From contig OZ316892.1 in NCBI GenBank assembly GCA_973895155.1, positions 12,402,238-12,466,237 on the forward strand: a stretch of DNA of 64,000 bases. Reading direction: 5' to 3'. The notes beneath the pieces are model-generated. The model searched no databases. It saw only the letters and a program-made list of their open reading frames with translations, and was not told where the DNA came from. Shown here one piece after another: positions 38,940-52,623 of the stretch. Within the stretch, counting starts at the first letter, position 1. Each line of letters begins with the position of its first letter. This DNA comes from Marsupella aquatica. Taxonomy: Eukaryota; Plantae; Marchantiophyta. Both the position numbers and the translations under genes were made by a program.

Positions 38940-40420
38940 AATAAAGTAGGACCTGGCAATGATGGAATTTGTATGTACGAAGGAAAGTTACAACTCAATG
39001 GGTAACTATCTAACGGTGGGATCCTAACAGATAAAAATGCCATTTTCATGAATTTTCTCTGTGCACTGGTACCATTTCGTGAAGCTCTGGCGGGAGTATG
39101 GATGACCACCTAAATCTTTTCATACGCAAGCTTGAATTGCTCAAGCTCAAGCTTTTGAGCTCTCCATTGTTTGAAGGAATCTCTGCAATCATCATCCACT
39201 TCTGATGCCCTCATAGTGAACAAATTTGGTCACTGCCATATCCCTGTGGGCATAAGCTGCAATCCAAAATTGGTGACTGCCATATCCCTTTGGGCGTAAG
39301 CTGCAATCCTTTGAATTGGTGATTACCAGATCCCTTTGGACATAAGCTGCAATCCAAAATTGGTGACTGCCATATTCCTTTGGGCATAAGCTGCAATCCT
39401 TTGAATTGGTGATTGCCATATCCCTTTGGCCATAAGCTGCAATCCTAAAAGCTGACTCTTCACTCTTGAGCTTCTCTCACGCCCTCATACTGAAACAAAT
39501 TGTGATTGTGTGACTGCCGTGTCCTTTGGGCATAAGCTGCAATTAAAAAAACTGGCTCCTCACTTTTGAGCGTCTCTCCCTTTGGGCATTAGCTGCAACT
39601 CTAAAAACTAACTCTTCATTTTTGAGCTTCTCTATGCAGTCATACTGAACAAATTGTAAATGCGCTTACCTGTAGCAGCCATATCCCTTTGGGCATAAGC
39701 TGCAATTCAAAAAGCTGACTCTTCACTTTTGAGCTTCTCTGATGCCCTTTCACTGAACAAATTGTGAATGCTCTAACCTGTAGCAGCTTCAAATGCTTGG
39801 ATTGGTGTTGCCATAACCCTTTGGGCATAAGCTGCAGTCCAAAAAACTCCTCACTCTTGAGTTCTTGGCAGCCTTGTTGCCCATGGGTTGTTTATTGCTG
39901 TTAAATTCTCCAGCAGGAGTGTTATCACAATCATTTGGGTTAATGATTTCTGGAGTATGGGGTGGAGGGTACATTCTCCTTGTCTGTAGTAAATTCCCTT
40001 CCCTTTCTCCACTCTGTACCCTTTCCCTTCTTACCTTTCTGTTTATGTGGGCAATCTGTCAACAAGTCAAGAGTCAATGAAGGTAAATTCCCTTGCGCTT
40101 GGTAGTGATCTTTCAACAAGAACCAACAGTCAATGAAGGCAAATTCCCCTCCCTTGGGATCATGTGGCTTGGTGATGCTCTCTTGCCTTATGCAGAGTGT
40201 CTTCTTGATTGGCATCAGAAAGTCTGTGATATTTTACATTAGATTACAAACCTGAAAACATGACAATGTCATGATTCAAATCTCCCCATTTGCTCTCCAA
40301 TGATCTTGCTCCTCTCTCCTGTGTAGTCTTGGCCTGTGTTAATTGTAGTGTGCCACATTGGAGTCATAACGTCCTTAGAGCATAGGATCACATGTGATCA
40401 GTGGTAGCAAGGATGATTCT
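38940..40420. mobile_element. Possible degraded PIF/Harbinger element (transposase relic on +, Myb/NAM-associated ORF relic on -)
   Basis: + strand ~38985-39055 resembles YxMGYYLADGIYP..F after frameshifts. - strand shows GEFAFIDCWFLLKD and KQPMGNKAAK, typical of PIF ORF1. No TIRs located. Confidence 0.4.
39225..39865. repeat. Tandem/interspersed repeat, ~42-bp core, ~9 copies
   Basis: Recurrent GCCATATCCCTTTGGGCATAAGCTGCAATCC. Confidence 0.9.
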
Positions 40421-41129
40421 CACCGTTCAATGGCGGCAAGACTAGGAACTCTCAGCTGTTGCCGACGGATGGCATGCAACTCCATGACGTCTCCCGGCTC
40501 GCTTGTTGAGTGTGGGAGTGCCGTGCTGAGAGTATAAAAAGCCAGGGCCGGGTTGATATGATTAAACCCCTCAGAACTGGCTAAAGCCCTGGTTACTATA
40601 TACAAGTTACCAAGGGTGGAGTTCTAGCTGCCAGACAGTCATCTCTTTGCTTCACTCCCCTCCACTTACTGTGTGCACGCTAAATCCAACGGGAGGCAAT
40701 GGTGCATTATAGAAAATAATAACCCCTCAGAACTTGGGCTGTAGCCCTCATTATTGGGGCAATATAGCCCACAAAGCCCTGATGATTGTGTACAAGTTAC
40801 CAAGGGTCCAGGGTTCTAGCTGCCAGATGGTCAGTTTGTAGCTTCCCTCCCCTCCATGTGCCACGTGCTCGCTAAATCCAATGGCATGTGATGGCCCATT
40901 ACAAAAAATAGGAACCCCTCAGAACTTGGCTAAGACTCCTGTTTTGGGCATGAGAGCCCACATAGCCCTGGTTACTACACACAAATACCAAGGGTCAAGG
41001 GTTCTAGCTGCCAGAAGATCATCTCTTCCCTTCCCTTCCCTCCACATGAAGCATACTTGCCAAATCCAATGGCCGATGGCGCATTACAGAAAATAAGAAC
41101 CCCTCTGAACTTGGGTAAGACTCATTTTT

Positions 41130-41765
41130 GGGAGCCCACAATGCCCTGGTTCTATTCAAACTACCAAGGGTAAGGGGTTCTGAGCATGAGAGCCCTTCAA
41201 GCCCTGGTTACTATAACTTACCAAGGGTCAGGGGTTCTGAGCTCGAGAGCCCTGAATGCCCTGGTACTATACAAATGACTAAGGGTCAGGAGTTGTGAGC
41301 ATGAGAGCCCCGGAAGCCCTGGTTACCATACAAATTACCAAGGGTCAGGGGTTCTTAGCATGAGAGCCCTTAAAGCCCTGGTTACTATACAAATGAGTAA
41401 GGGTGAGGAGTTCTGAGCATCAGAGCCCTGGTTACCATACAAATTACCAAGGGTCAGGGGTTCTGAGCATGATAGCCCTGAAAGCCCTGGTTACCATACA
41501 AATTACCAGGAGTCAGGGGTTCTGAGCATGAGAGCCCTTAGAGCCCTGGTTACTATACAAATTACCAAGGGTCAGGTGTTCTGAGCATAAGGGCCCTGAA
41601 AGCCCTGGAAACTATACAAATGACTAAGGGTCAGGAGTTGTGAGCATGAGAGCCCTTCAAGCCCTGGTTACTACACAAATTACCAAGGGTCAGGGGTTCT
41701 GAGCATGAGAACCCACAAAGCCCTGGTTAGTACACAAATGACCCAGGGTCAAGGGTTCTAGCTGC
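41130..41765. repeat. Tandem array, ~60-bp unit x~11, upstream of TIC40 (longer related units at 40560-41130)
   Basis: Recurrent AGCCCTGGTTACTATACAAATTACCAAGGGTCAGGGGTTCTGAGCATGAGAGCCC. Confidence 0.92.
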
Positions 41766-42166
41766 CAGACCGTAATCTCTTCGCTTCTGTCCACGCGCCG
41801 TGTGCTCGCGCAATCCGACGGCAATCGGCGTCCGCATTCCAGAAATGCTCGAAAACTGGAGAACGCAAAGCGAGAACAGAAGAACGCCCACAGAGAGAGC
41901 AAGATCCCCGGAGAGCACTGCAGACGTCGAGCAGAATCAGAGGGCAGACGAAAGGAAGCACGGGGAGAAGGAGAGTGGAGAGAGAGGATCACGAGGAACC
42001 AAACGTGAGGGTGGTTAGTGAAACGAGGAGGCAGGTAGGGCATTTCGAATTGGATACTTGTCCGGAAGACGAGGAAGATTTCGGAGGATTTCGGAGGGAT
42101 TGGAAGGGTTTGAGAGAGGCGAAGGAGGAGAGAGTGATACCGTAGAGCGCTTGCAGGCAGGTGGTC

Positions 42167-45100
42167 ATGGCGGCATCATCGGCATTGGGTGGTAATGTAG
42201 CAGCCGTGTGCAGCGGCAGCGGCAGTAGCATCAGCAGCAGCAGCAGCTTGAACGAGGGCGTGCAGGGAGTTCTACCGAGCCGAGGTTTCGGCCAGCAGCC
42301 GATAGTGCGGGCAAGAGGTTTGAGGCTTCGGCGGCATCCGCAGCTCCAGCTAAGGCCGCACCCGGCTTCCACGGGACCGCAGCTCTCGAGAATCTCTGCA
42401 AGAGCCCGCGGGCAGGAGGCGAGCAAGGGCCGACAAAACGGTGTGTTTTTCAGAGCTCATGAAATGGTGAAACGGGAGGATGCAATATTATGCGATTGAA
42501 TGTTCACAGTAGGGCGTCTCAAAGTGGCAAAGTTCCCCGCCGTGAACTCGTGAGTTATGGGTTACAGACACAATCCTTATGGACATCGAAATTAGTGTTC
42601 CACAAGTTTTTGTTCTTAACAGACATCCATAAGACATGACCTCGTGAGTTATCGGTTACAGACACGATCCTGATGGACATGGAAATTAATGTTTCGTTTG
42701 TTCTTAACAGACATCCATAAGACATGGCCTTGGGAGTTATGGGTTACACACACTATCCTTATGGACATCAAAATTAGTGTTATGTAACGTTTTGTTCCTA
42801 ATAGACATCCATAGGACATGGCCGTCAGGAAGATTCATAGGCTGGGCACAAAAATACAAAAAATTACTTAATTTCACCTACGACAAGAATAGTTACGGTC
42901 AGATGTTAAGCCCAGAACCTTTTTGCTGCATTGCTCGAGGATTGAGTCGCCGTAGTGCCCCTGAATTTAATTTATATATACATATTTCCTTTCTTCATTG
43001 CTGTCCACCACAATTGTCTCTCTCTCGCTCCCTCGTTCCCACAAGATCTAAACGCTTCGGAATCACAGGATAGCAGATTATGACTCTTTTGAACAAAGGA
43101 ATTAGAAGGTAAACTGGGAAGGGCTATGATTCTATGTGCCAGCCCGGTACCTCTGCGTGAGTACTATAAAGTGAGTGCTGTCTTTCTTCGTCTGTGATTT
43201 GCCTTGATGATCATGGATTTGTTTTCCTGAGAGTCTACTCCAACACCAGGTGTCTGTCATGTTTCGAGTAGACTGGAGCACATACTTTTTGTCTCCATAT
43301 GACCGTGATACGGCTGTGAGTCTATCAGTTTGAGCAATTATCGGAGTATCACTTTAGACTTTTCCGTATAACCGTCTATTGGGCTGCACGCAATTCCACA
43401 TCAGGACTCTAGTGCAGAGTTGGTTTGCTGCAGGTAGGTTCCGGAGCTCTAGAGCGTGCCCGTGTGTGAAGCCCCGTCCCAGGTTCTTGGGTCAGAACGT
43501 AGTAACTAATGTTTTTTGTGCGTCTGTTCGCAAAACTAATGTCACGGAAAATAACAGAGAGTGTGACCGCGAGCAACTTTTCGAGATTCAAGCACTTACG
43601 ACGTAGATTTATGAACTAGAAAACACAAAACACACCCTAATTCTGACTGCGAGCAGAATTTGTTCAGATTTAGTGGAATTTGATGTTTGATAGAAAACTT
43701 ATTGGCAGCAAAGAATTTCTATCGAGAATATCTTTCGTCGGCTTTGAACGAGGCATGAAAATCTAGAGAATTGACATCTCATCCTGTTGAGTAAACTCGG
43801 TTTTCCTGGAGATGAGATTCCTATAACTTGATCACTTAAGTCAGCATTGGTTACCTAGGGCACTACCAAGGAAATAGGGTCTAGGAGTCGTGTATAGCGC
43901 TTTAGAAGAGGTATAAGTATACTGATAAAATACATGTAATGGGCTATATCATTTATATTCACTCGTGTCTCATCATCGATGATACTTTTCATAATTTCTA
44001 TCGGTACGACTATAGAGGCAAAGGAGGAATGAATTTTGTTCATAGATCGTCAGATTCTTGTTACTCAGCTGTTGCTTTTCACTAACGGAGAAAGAGGGAA
44101 ATGGACAAGAAATCAATCTGGGAGCCTGACAAAATTTACCCGGAGTCGGTCCTGCTTATGAATCATCGTGCAAGAGTACTTATTCAAACCAAACTTCAGC
44201 TCCTTGTAGAGAGTAGAGGAACATTTCTTAAAACTGCTAAGTCTAGGCAAGCTGTTCACCTGGTTAAGATCTGTAGAATCGGTTGGATGGAAAGTGCCTT
44301 AATTATATTCCAGGCAGTTTACTGGAGCACTTGCGAAACTTTGTAAAGATAGATTCATCTCAAATTTTCGGCAAGAGACAATCGACCCGATTGTGTACAG
44401 CCACTTATAATTTAAGATTGTTCAGTAGTTCAGATTAAATCACTGAGAGCTTGGAGTCAATCTTCTGTCCAATGGCCTAGGCTTCTCGTCTGCAAGAAAT
44501 GAGGTTCAGGTTTGAGCAGAACTTCTTTTAAACCCTACATGATGAAATTGCTTCCGCAATTTGCTTGTCAGTCTGATTTTTCTGTTGTGTGGTTTTTGTA
44601 TTACTATTTCCAGAGAAGGAGGCACAGTTGGAGACAATAGCTGCAGAGCCAGAAGCCACTGTAGGAAATGTCGGAGTAGACCCTGCAGTCCAATCTGGCT
44701 ACATGTAAGTCAAGGTTAATGAATATTATCATGAAAGTTCGTGAGTTAATGGGTCCTGGCACCTTGGAAGGTTGCTCTTTAATGTTTGATGTTACTAACT
44801 TGGCATGACAATGACATTAATGATCTGTGCTTGATTCTCGTAGATATTTGCAGACAAATATTTGTCTTGGCCATACTTTGTTTTAAGGTGTAGAAGATTT
44901 TAGTCAAAGTTGTGGACTTCAGGTACACTTTGTAAGCTTATATTTTGTGTTTACTTGCAGAGGATCACCTCTTATGTGGATTGGAGTTGGCGTAGGAATC
45001 ACATATGTCTTTAGATGGGTACGGACGTTGTAAGCCATGCATTTGGTTTCTCTATGTAATTTTCTGCATGAAGTTGTTTACCAGATGCACCACGGTTGGG

Positions 45101-48100
45101 CCCTTGTTTTGTGCATAGCGACTAGACCTGTTGTTTAATAAGTGATCTTTGATTGAAGTTCACCTGGATCTCTTAGAAACTTTACTGTGATGTGAAAGAA
45201 CCTAATCGCTATACTAAAATGGCTTACGGTTTGCATATTGCTCCGCAGGCTGCCAACAGTTTCAAGGTAAGAAACAATTCTTTTGAGTTTAAATGGATTT
45301 TATCAGTGGTTGACAACCTGAACGTGTAAGAAGGTCATCTAAAATCTGACACTAATTGCCAACCTTCTAGATGCGTAGTTGTGAGAGAGCTGAAGAGGGA
45401 CTATCCAGATTAATTTGTATACGCTTCTCCCAGTGATTTTGGTCAATTATTTGTCTGACGGGGTTATCGGAAGTAGCATGTTCCTCTGTTCTGAACACCG
45501 CACAGTTAGCAGGTTGTCTAGATCATTTTCTAATTTGAAACGTAGGCTGACAGATTTTCGTAGGGACCTTGGTGTGACTTGAGGGTGAATTCTGGGCTCA
45601 TATTACAAATATTTTTATTTTGTGAGCAGAGATATGCAATGCAGCAAATGTTTAAAACTATGAGCAGTCAGGCCATGCCAGGTGGAAACCCATTTGGTAG
45701 TGGCGCAGCAGGGAGTCCGTTTGGTGCAGGGGCAGGTGGTAACCCATTTGCAGGGGGTATGCCTCCTATGCCTCCTGGCTTCCCCTTCTCTCCGATGCCG
45801 TCACAAACAGCTCCACGAACTCCCGTTACGGCAGCAGCAGCAGCACCACCTGTTGATACCGTGGCCTCAGCTCCTTTACAACCTTCTACCAACATTGGTG
45901 CTACGACTGGTACAACAGAAGCACCAAAACCAGGTAAAGCCATGGTGATCGCCGTAAGGTCTCCTGATATTGCATTAAGTGTGAATGTTATGCTAAGCAA
46001 AGTGTTTGGAACGTACAGAGTTCACGTTCACTGATGTGAATGCATCTCTAGTCGATGAGCAATTGGAAGCAGCTGCCAGGATTGCTGAGCAGGTAACCAA
46101 GCCGCAAGACGAGCCAGCCAGACCTTTTTTCAGTGACCCCGAGGTGATTGACTTCATTATGGTATTTCTTTTGTCTGTGTATCATTATGGTTGAAAAACT
46201 GCACACGATTATTTATTTGTTTCTATAAAGGTCAGGTTCTCACGCTGATCTGTCTTGTCTTTGCTGATAGGGTATGGCTGAGGCGTTCCGTGCAAGCAGT
46301 GAAGGAGGTGCCAACAGTACCTTTGATGGTCAGACACGGGGTTCTTTAGCTTGTACTTCAAAGTTGAAATTTTGAGGAGAGATGTTTTGGGACTGGCAAC
46401 ATGCGTGTGTTTTAGGTGCATACACATAGAAATTCAATCGAAGATATCTTATTTAACCTTCCAGTCGCCATTAGAATTGGATCTGATTGGAGGTATTGAT
46501 TCTAATCGTGCTATTCATATGAACAGGAAAATCGGGAAATCTCTTCTCAGTGGAAGCTCTTGAGAGAATGATGGAGGACCCTACTGTTCAAAAGATGGTT
46601 TACCCGTAAGCATCCTCGTGTTTTTTCTGAATAGATCCTCCCTTGGAGAGCTACTGTTGCAAGGAGGATTTTTCCATCTTTGTATGCGACCTGCTACCGA
46701 GTTGTTGTTCTGTAGACATTACAACTAAGAGCTACTATGACCATGTGCTTCAAGTGAAATTCAAGTCTATGAATGTGACTTTGAGTAGTCTAGAATTATG
46801 GGATCAGAAATGAATCTCGAACAAAGGTCTAGCATCTATTGTGATAGATGGTTTGATCTTCAAGGGCAGTTAAATTTGTGTATTGAATCATCGGAGATTG
46901 AATGAATCGCAGGTATTTGCCCGAAGAGATGAGGAATCCTGCAACTTTCAAATGTGAGTAGTTTGGAGACTTTGATTTCTGTGTTTTGGCTGAAAATAGC
47001 GAGCTCGCTTTTGTCTATTTTAGTTTGCTAAGTACTCTCACTTAGTTCTTGCACGTCCAGCTCATTTTTTAGGTCGCGTGTTCATTTGCAGGGATGATGC
47101 AAAATCCGCAATACAGACAGCAATTGCAAGACATGCTGTGTGCTACTCTGCCCTTTAGTTGAAGAACATTTCCATGCGCATGGGATTTCCAGATAGTTCT
47201 TCCCAAAGTATTTCACTATATTAGGAAATTGGGCGTCTGATTTACTTTTCATGTATGTTTACTGTAGTCAATTTTCTGGTCCTGATATCTTGATAGATTA
47301 ATGGAGGCATGATTTGAATCTTACTTTCTTGACCCACTAAACATATCAAGTAGTTTTGATGGGCTATTGACTACTAGAACCTCCACCTATCGCAGAAATA
47401 GCATGGGAGGAGATGGTGCGTGGGATAACCGCATGTCAGACATGCTGAAAAATTTTGATCTTAACAGCCAGGAAGTGAAGCAGCAATTTGGTTAGTCCCA
47501 CTTCTGTCTTGCTACTTCTGATACCTATTTTGGGTTCATTACCTAAGTCTTCTTGACTTGACCTGTCCCAACGTTTCATTAGACTTGAAGGACATGCAAT
47601 GTTCATTTGCAGACCAAATAGGTTTGACTCCAGAGGAAGTGGTTGCGAAGATTATGGCCAATCCCGAGGTTGCAGTAGCGTTCCAAAACCCGAAAGTACA
47701 AGCCGCAATCATGGATGTACGTCTTCTATCCTCGTGTTAAGTTAGCTTTGATGTTTATGGGGAAGCATCTCGTGTATTGGGTGACCTGTAATTTCCTGTG
47801 GTTCTTTGTGTGAGATTACTTCATTGGTTGTGTAAAGTTTCACTTACCTTGGAGTATGATGTCACAAATGCAGTGTTCACAAAACCCTCTAAACATCACC
47901 AAATATCAAAATGACAAAGAGGTAAGACTTCTCTGTTTGTGGATTTTATGTTTCCTTTGAATGGATGGAAGAAGTATACGCTCTTCTTGGTTGTCAGTTG
48001 TTCGGAATTGGAGGGAATGCAAGTATGAGGAAATGATGAAGAATTGAGCCTTTTTGGTTGAGTACACTGGTTAATCTCTCCAATTTGAAAAAACAATTCT

Positions 48101-48261
48101 GGCTTGTTCTGGCATGGATGAGTTTTTGAATGACAATCTAGGTACGAAGGAAGTTACTTCTTGGTTAAGCCAACTCTTCAATGGCTGGTGGGTTGCAGGT
48201 CATGGACGTCTTTAACAAAATATCCGAGTTGTTTCCCGGAATGACAGGGTCCCCTTATTAA
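42167..48261 (+). CDS. TIC40: Chloroplast inner-envelope translocon co-chaperone TIC40, ~14 exons
   Basis: Ser/Arg-rich transit peptide, GSPLMWIGVGVG TM segment, RYAMQQMFKTM, SVEALERMMEDPTVQKMVYPYLPEEMRNPATFKWMMQNPQYRQQL, DQIGLTPEEVVAKIMANPEVAVAFQNPKVQAAIMDCSQNPLNI, VMDVFNKISELFPG. Exons approx. 42167-42440, 44614-44704, 44961-45018, 45249-45266, 45630-45933, 46019-46143, 46271-46328, 46527-46605, 46913-46953, 47092-47137, 47396-47490, 47613-47716, 47874-47921, 48199-48261. Confidence 0.93.
42548..42822. repeat. ~92-bp tandem repeat x3 in TIC40 intron 1
   Basis: GAGTTATGGGTTACAGACAC..CCTTATGGACATC..AAATTAGTGTT..TTGTTCTTAACAGACATCCATAAGACATG repeated three times. Confidence 0.88.
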
Positions 48262-50110
48262 AGATGTAGCAATTTATTATTAACCTTAGCTTTTAGTTCG
48301 AGTTGATCTCCTTCACCAGTCAATTGTGCATCTGGGTTTTGCTGCCAGGGAGGGTAACGTTGGTTTGTCAATCATTTCCCGAGTATAAAGAAGTAGAAAT
48401 AGAACCCATCAGCATTTCGACAACACTTAACGGTCAACTGGTGTGATGCGAAGTGGCCTCGGAGTTAGTGCTGCGATAACACTATTGACCATCTTGTAAC
48501 GTAGATTGAGACTTACCGTCCTTTAGTGCATGGTCTAGGTGCCATCACAGCTGGAGCGATGCTGTCGAGCTCCTTCACGCTCCTGAGCTGAATTCTCAAA
48601 TGATTTTTACAATTTACGAAGAGCCTCTTGTAGTGGATGGCACTGAAGCATTCATAGAGGCTACGATGAGCATTGGTCCCAGATGTGTTCTGGTCGTGGA
48701 CTGATCACTGCACGTCAGGAAGATGATGGGTGGTCTTCGCTTATGTATCTTGGCATGAAGTTTTGCTTGGATGTGTTGCTATCAATCACTGGTTACCATT
48801 CATATGGTATTAATATGCTTCAGACCAATCAGTGTGGTTCTATCACTGGAGGCAGGGATCAAACTTCTGACTGAAAGTGGTGTCCAGAACTTTTGATGCA
48901 ACTTTGAGTCGGTCGTATAACAGGCTGTTTTGGCAGTCACATTTGTCTTTTCCGAAAAGGAGTTTATCAATGACCGGGATCTGAATTGTTCCTTCTGCCC
49001 AACTTGAACTCATACTGACTTTATAGAAAGGTTTAGTAAAACTTGAACTCATACCGACTCTACTGAAACGTTTAGTAAAATGATGGGAAGCCAACAACAT
49101 TTGAGCTCTACACCAAACAACAGCGAAAACATGGGCATGGGTCGTTGATTCATCAAAAATGGTGAAGCGAAATTTCAGATGTAATGGCTCCCACATGTAA
49201 GTCCATTTATTATTATTATATGTAAATAGCTCGATGATGCCTTTGTAATGTTGAAAATGAGAAAAAATGTCAAGGTGAATGAAGATGTCAATGCTGTACC
49301 AAAGATTGTGCCAAAGATATAGAGGCTGTGAAAGAAGATGTCCATGTTCTGAGGTGAAAATAGATGTCAATGAAAGAAGATTTGCTGTGCCAAAGATATA
49401 GAGGTGAAAAAAGATGTCAATCAGAGAAAAAAGATGAAAAAAAAACTGTAAAAATGATGACAAGGTGAAAAAAATATGCAAAGGTCAAAAGATATCAGGG
49501 AAAGAAAGATGTAGAAGGTAAAGGATAGATGGTAAAGGATAGATTTTGTGGTGAGATAAAGTTGTTAAGGTGAAAAAATTAACAAGATAGAATATCAAAG
49601 TGAGAAAAGATCTTGAGTAGAGAAAAATATATCAAAGAAAGAAAATATTTTGAAAATGAGAAAAAAAATGTCATGTTCGGATAAAGACGTCAATGTGATA
49701 AAAGAAATGACGAGATGAGAAAAGGACGTCAAGACTATGAAAAGATGTTGAGGAGAAATGAATATTTAAAAGACTAGAAAAAATGTCAAGGCAAGCAAAG
49801 TTATCAAAGTGAGGCAAGAAATTATAACTTTTGTGATGTAATTGTCGAGGCATGTTATGAGTGATCCTGACCATACGTCTGTTCTGGTCGTATTCAATAA
49901 CCCGTGCATTGAACATAGAAATTGGGGGCACGAGATAACAACACCACATCATAGAATCCAAACACAATTGAGTGACGGAGAAAAATAAGAGTTTTTTTAT
50001 TTAAGTATTAAATGTTTAGAGAAATAAATATATTTTATGTTATTCAAAGTTGTTCAAAGTTTTTTCCAATCTTTTAGATTTAAATGTATTTAAATTAAAT
50101 TTTTTAATCT

Positions 50111-50153
50111 CAGGCAGGGCAGGGCAGGGCAGGGCAGGGCAGGGCAGGGCAGG
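50111..50153. repeat. (GGGCA)n pentanucleotide microsatellite
   Basis: About 8 units. Confidence 0.95.
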
Positions 50154-52623
50154 AATAAGGACAGCTTGGGCAGAAAATTTCTTAGATGAGACTGTCTGGA
50201 TAGATCTGACGGTGTAAAAAAAGAATGTTTTGATGAGGGTCAGGATTGGTTACTTTTTGGGCCAGATAGAGTACTATAGTTGTGGATAGCAATGTATTGG
50301 GTATTAACAATCCACTTCAATTTGATACAATGAGAACTCATATCCATGAAAATATGCTTGGAGGTAGCCCTCATTATAAATTGGCAAGACCAGATGTGAA
50401 AATGGACCCCTTTTTTCCTGGGCCTAAAATGTCAAACATAATTTTTGTATAGCCTTCTCAAACATGAAATTTTTGAAGTGGAAGCTTCATGCATATGGAT
50501 AAAAGTTTGTATGATGGTAAGATGAACACAGTCTGGACAAACTAACAATAATGATGTCCAGATGGACACAGTAAACTCTGGGGGATACAAACAAAATGTT
50601 TACATTCACAGAGTACATTCTGGACTCTAACTCCAAAGATGACATTGTAAACACGGTTTTCAGTGGATTCATCCTGTATTTTTGTATTTCTTGTAGCAAT
50701 AGTGAAGAGAAAGCTTATGGATCATGTGCTTAATTTCAGTCACTAACAGAAGTATTGATACCATTTGACATTGTACTGGCTGCTGTAAATTTTAGACTAG
50801 ACATAGAACCTTCTATCTATGCACAAAATATCAAATTTGTGTGGGTGTTAGCTATCCAAGGACAGGAGTGCTTTGTTATAGGTCCTTTGCCATTTGATAT
50901 CATTGGAGATGATGAAACTCAACAGACGGGCATGCAGTAGGTGTTAGACAGAGCACATACACAATTTAAGGTTGTTGTCATTGAAACCTGAAAGATGGTT
51001 TTCCTGAAGAGGAAAGCTTGCTTGCACATGGCAAAGGAGGCAGCATTGATACATCACATCTGCTGGAATTGTCAAAGATGGTGGGATACCTGGGATCTGA
51101 TCTCAAGCCTTTTGAACTTGACAAATTCTACCAACTTAGCAGGGGACACATGTGTTTCTGATTTTGGTGGCTCTCAAACTATGTGGTGTGAGATATCACT
51201 ATCATTTCAGGTAGTTATTAGAGCTAGAGTAAGTTGAGTGAGAGCTTTGGGTGTTGTGATGAGAAAATAAATGCATGGAGAAATAGATAGTTGGCTCCCA
51301 TCGCCAAAGTAACCTACAGAATCCTTTCTCAAGGCTCCGATGCCTTTTAAGGGTATGATGGACGACTACCGTAGTCTATGCCTGTGCATTGCACGGAAGA
51401 TGTTAATAAGGCAAAACAAGGAAATGTAAACGAGGCAAGGAGATCGTTGAGGGATATTATGTGTCGTTGCGGCCAATGTGTCATCACTGTCATGAAGTTG
51501 TTGAGGAATCTTGCGCACCGTTGATGTTGTGTCTTTTAAGGGAAGAAAGTCATTCAGGCATGGAAGTGTCATTGAAGCAAGGAAGTGCCACGGAGGAAGG
51601 GAGGTGTGGCAGAGGCCATAAAGTGTCATCAAGGGTGTTGTTGATGTTAGAGTTAATCCAAGTGTTGTCAAGAAAACCCTTGGAAAAATGCCACATTGCA
51701 ATTTGGGTCAAGCCATGGCACAAAGCTGTGGCGTTGAATATTCATCATAAGAGTGAGCGACTGAAGGATGCAAAGGTGGGCTGGGGCGGGGCAGGGTGTA
51801 GGCAAAGAAGGAGGCAGTGTTCGAGAGAGGCAAAAGGCTACATGGGAAGTGGGGAGGGCGGGTGAGGCAGACAAGAGATTAGGAGGGTGATTTGGGAGGA
51901 TCCTATAATGCAGATGAGCACTGCGTCATTCAAAGGCCATGATTTGTTCCCTCCTAGATTGGTTTTTGTAAACAGACTGCAGTAAAAGAGTGGTGGGATT
52001 GCATAATTCTTCTTTCATAATGCTTCTTTTCGTGGTCAGATGCAGCTCAACTGTTGAAAAGGCTTCCAAAACCTGACATGATAGATTTTGTCAAGGCTTG
52101 TGTAGATCATGAGTTTTGGTATTTTTCTAGTTTTCTAATGAGCTTGACATCGAGAGATTTTTTCAAGTACTAAAGAGATCATAAGTTTACAATGATTTTG
52201 ACATTGATAAATTTTTATCAAATACTAACAAGATCATGAAAATCTGCTGCACATCTAGAGGAGGAGCTTTTTCCGTAGAATCGTGGGAGTAGTAGTAATA
52301 CGTTGTGTTGTGGAAGAGTTGCGATCGATCTTGCATCCTCATTCTCATCATCTCTTGTCATTCGCCGCGGTCGTTTCCTTCCATTGCGTTTCTGCGGAGC
52401 CCGACAAAGCCCACGCACGAACCATTTGACAGAGGTATTTATCGTAATGTGCAGCTCGTTGCTTGCCAATGTGCCTTCGCCGATTTCCCAGAATTAGAGG
52501 TTGGCTTTCCACAGCGCCGATCGATCGGCCAGAGAGGGAAATTCAGTGGATCGATTGGCCCTTTCTACAGCGCCGATCGATTGGCCAGAGAGGGCTGATT
52601 CAGTGGATGCGTAGAATTCAGAG

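Noticed and set aside
39225-41765. CRISPR-like repeat arrays
   Set aside because: Eukaryotic context, no unique spacers, no cas genes; these are tandem repeats.
48843-49967. 212-aa and 98-aa minus-strand ORFs
   Set aside because: Low-complexity purine-rich degenerate repeats (AAAAGATGTCAA-like); no recognisable domain.
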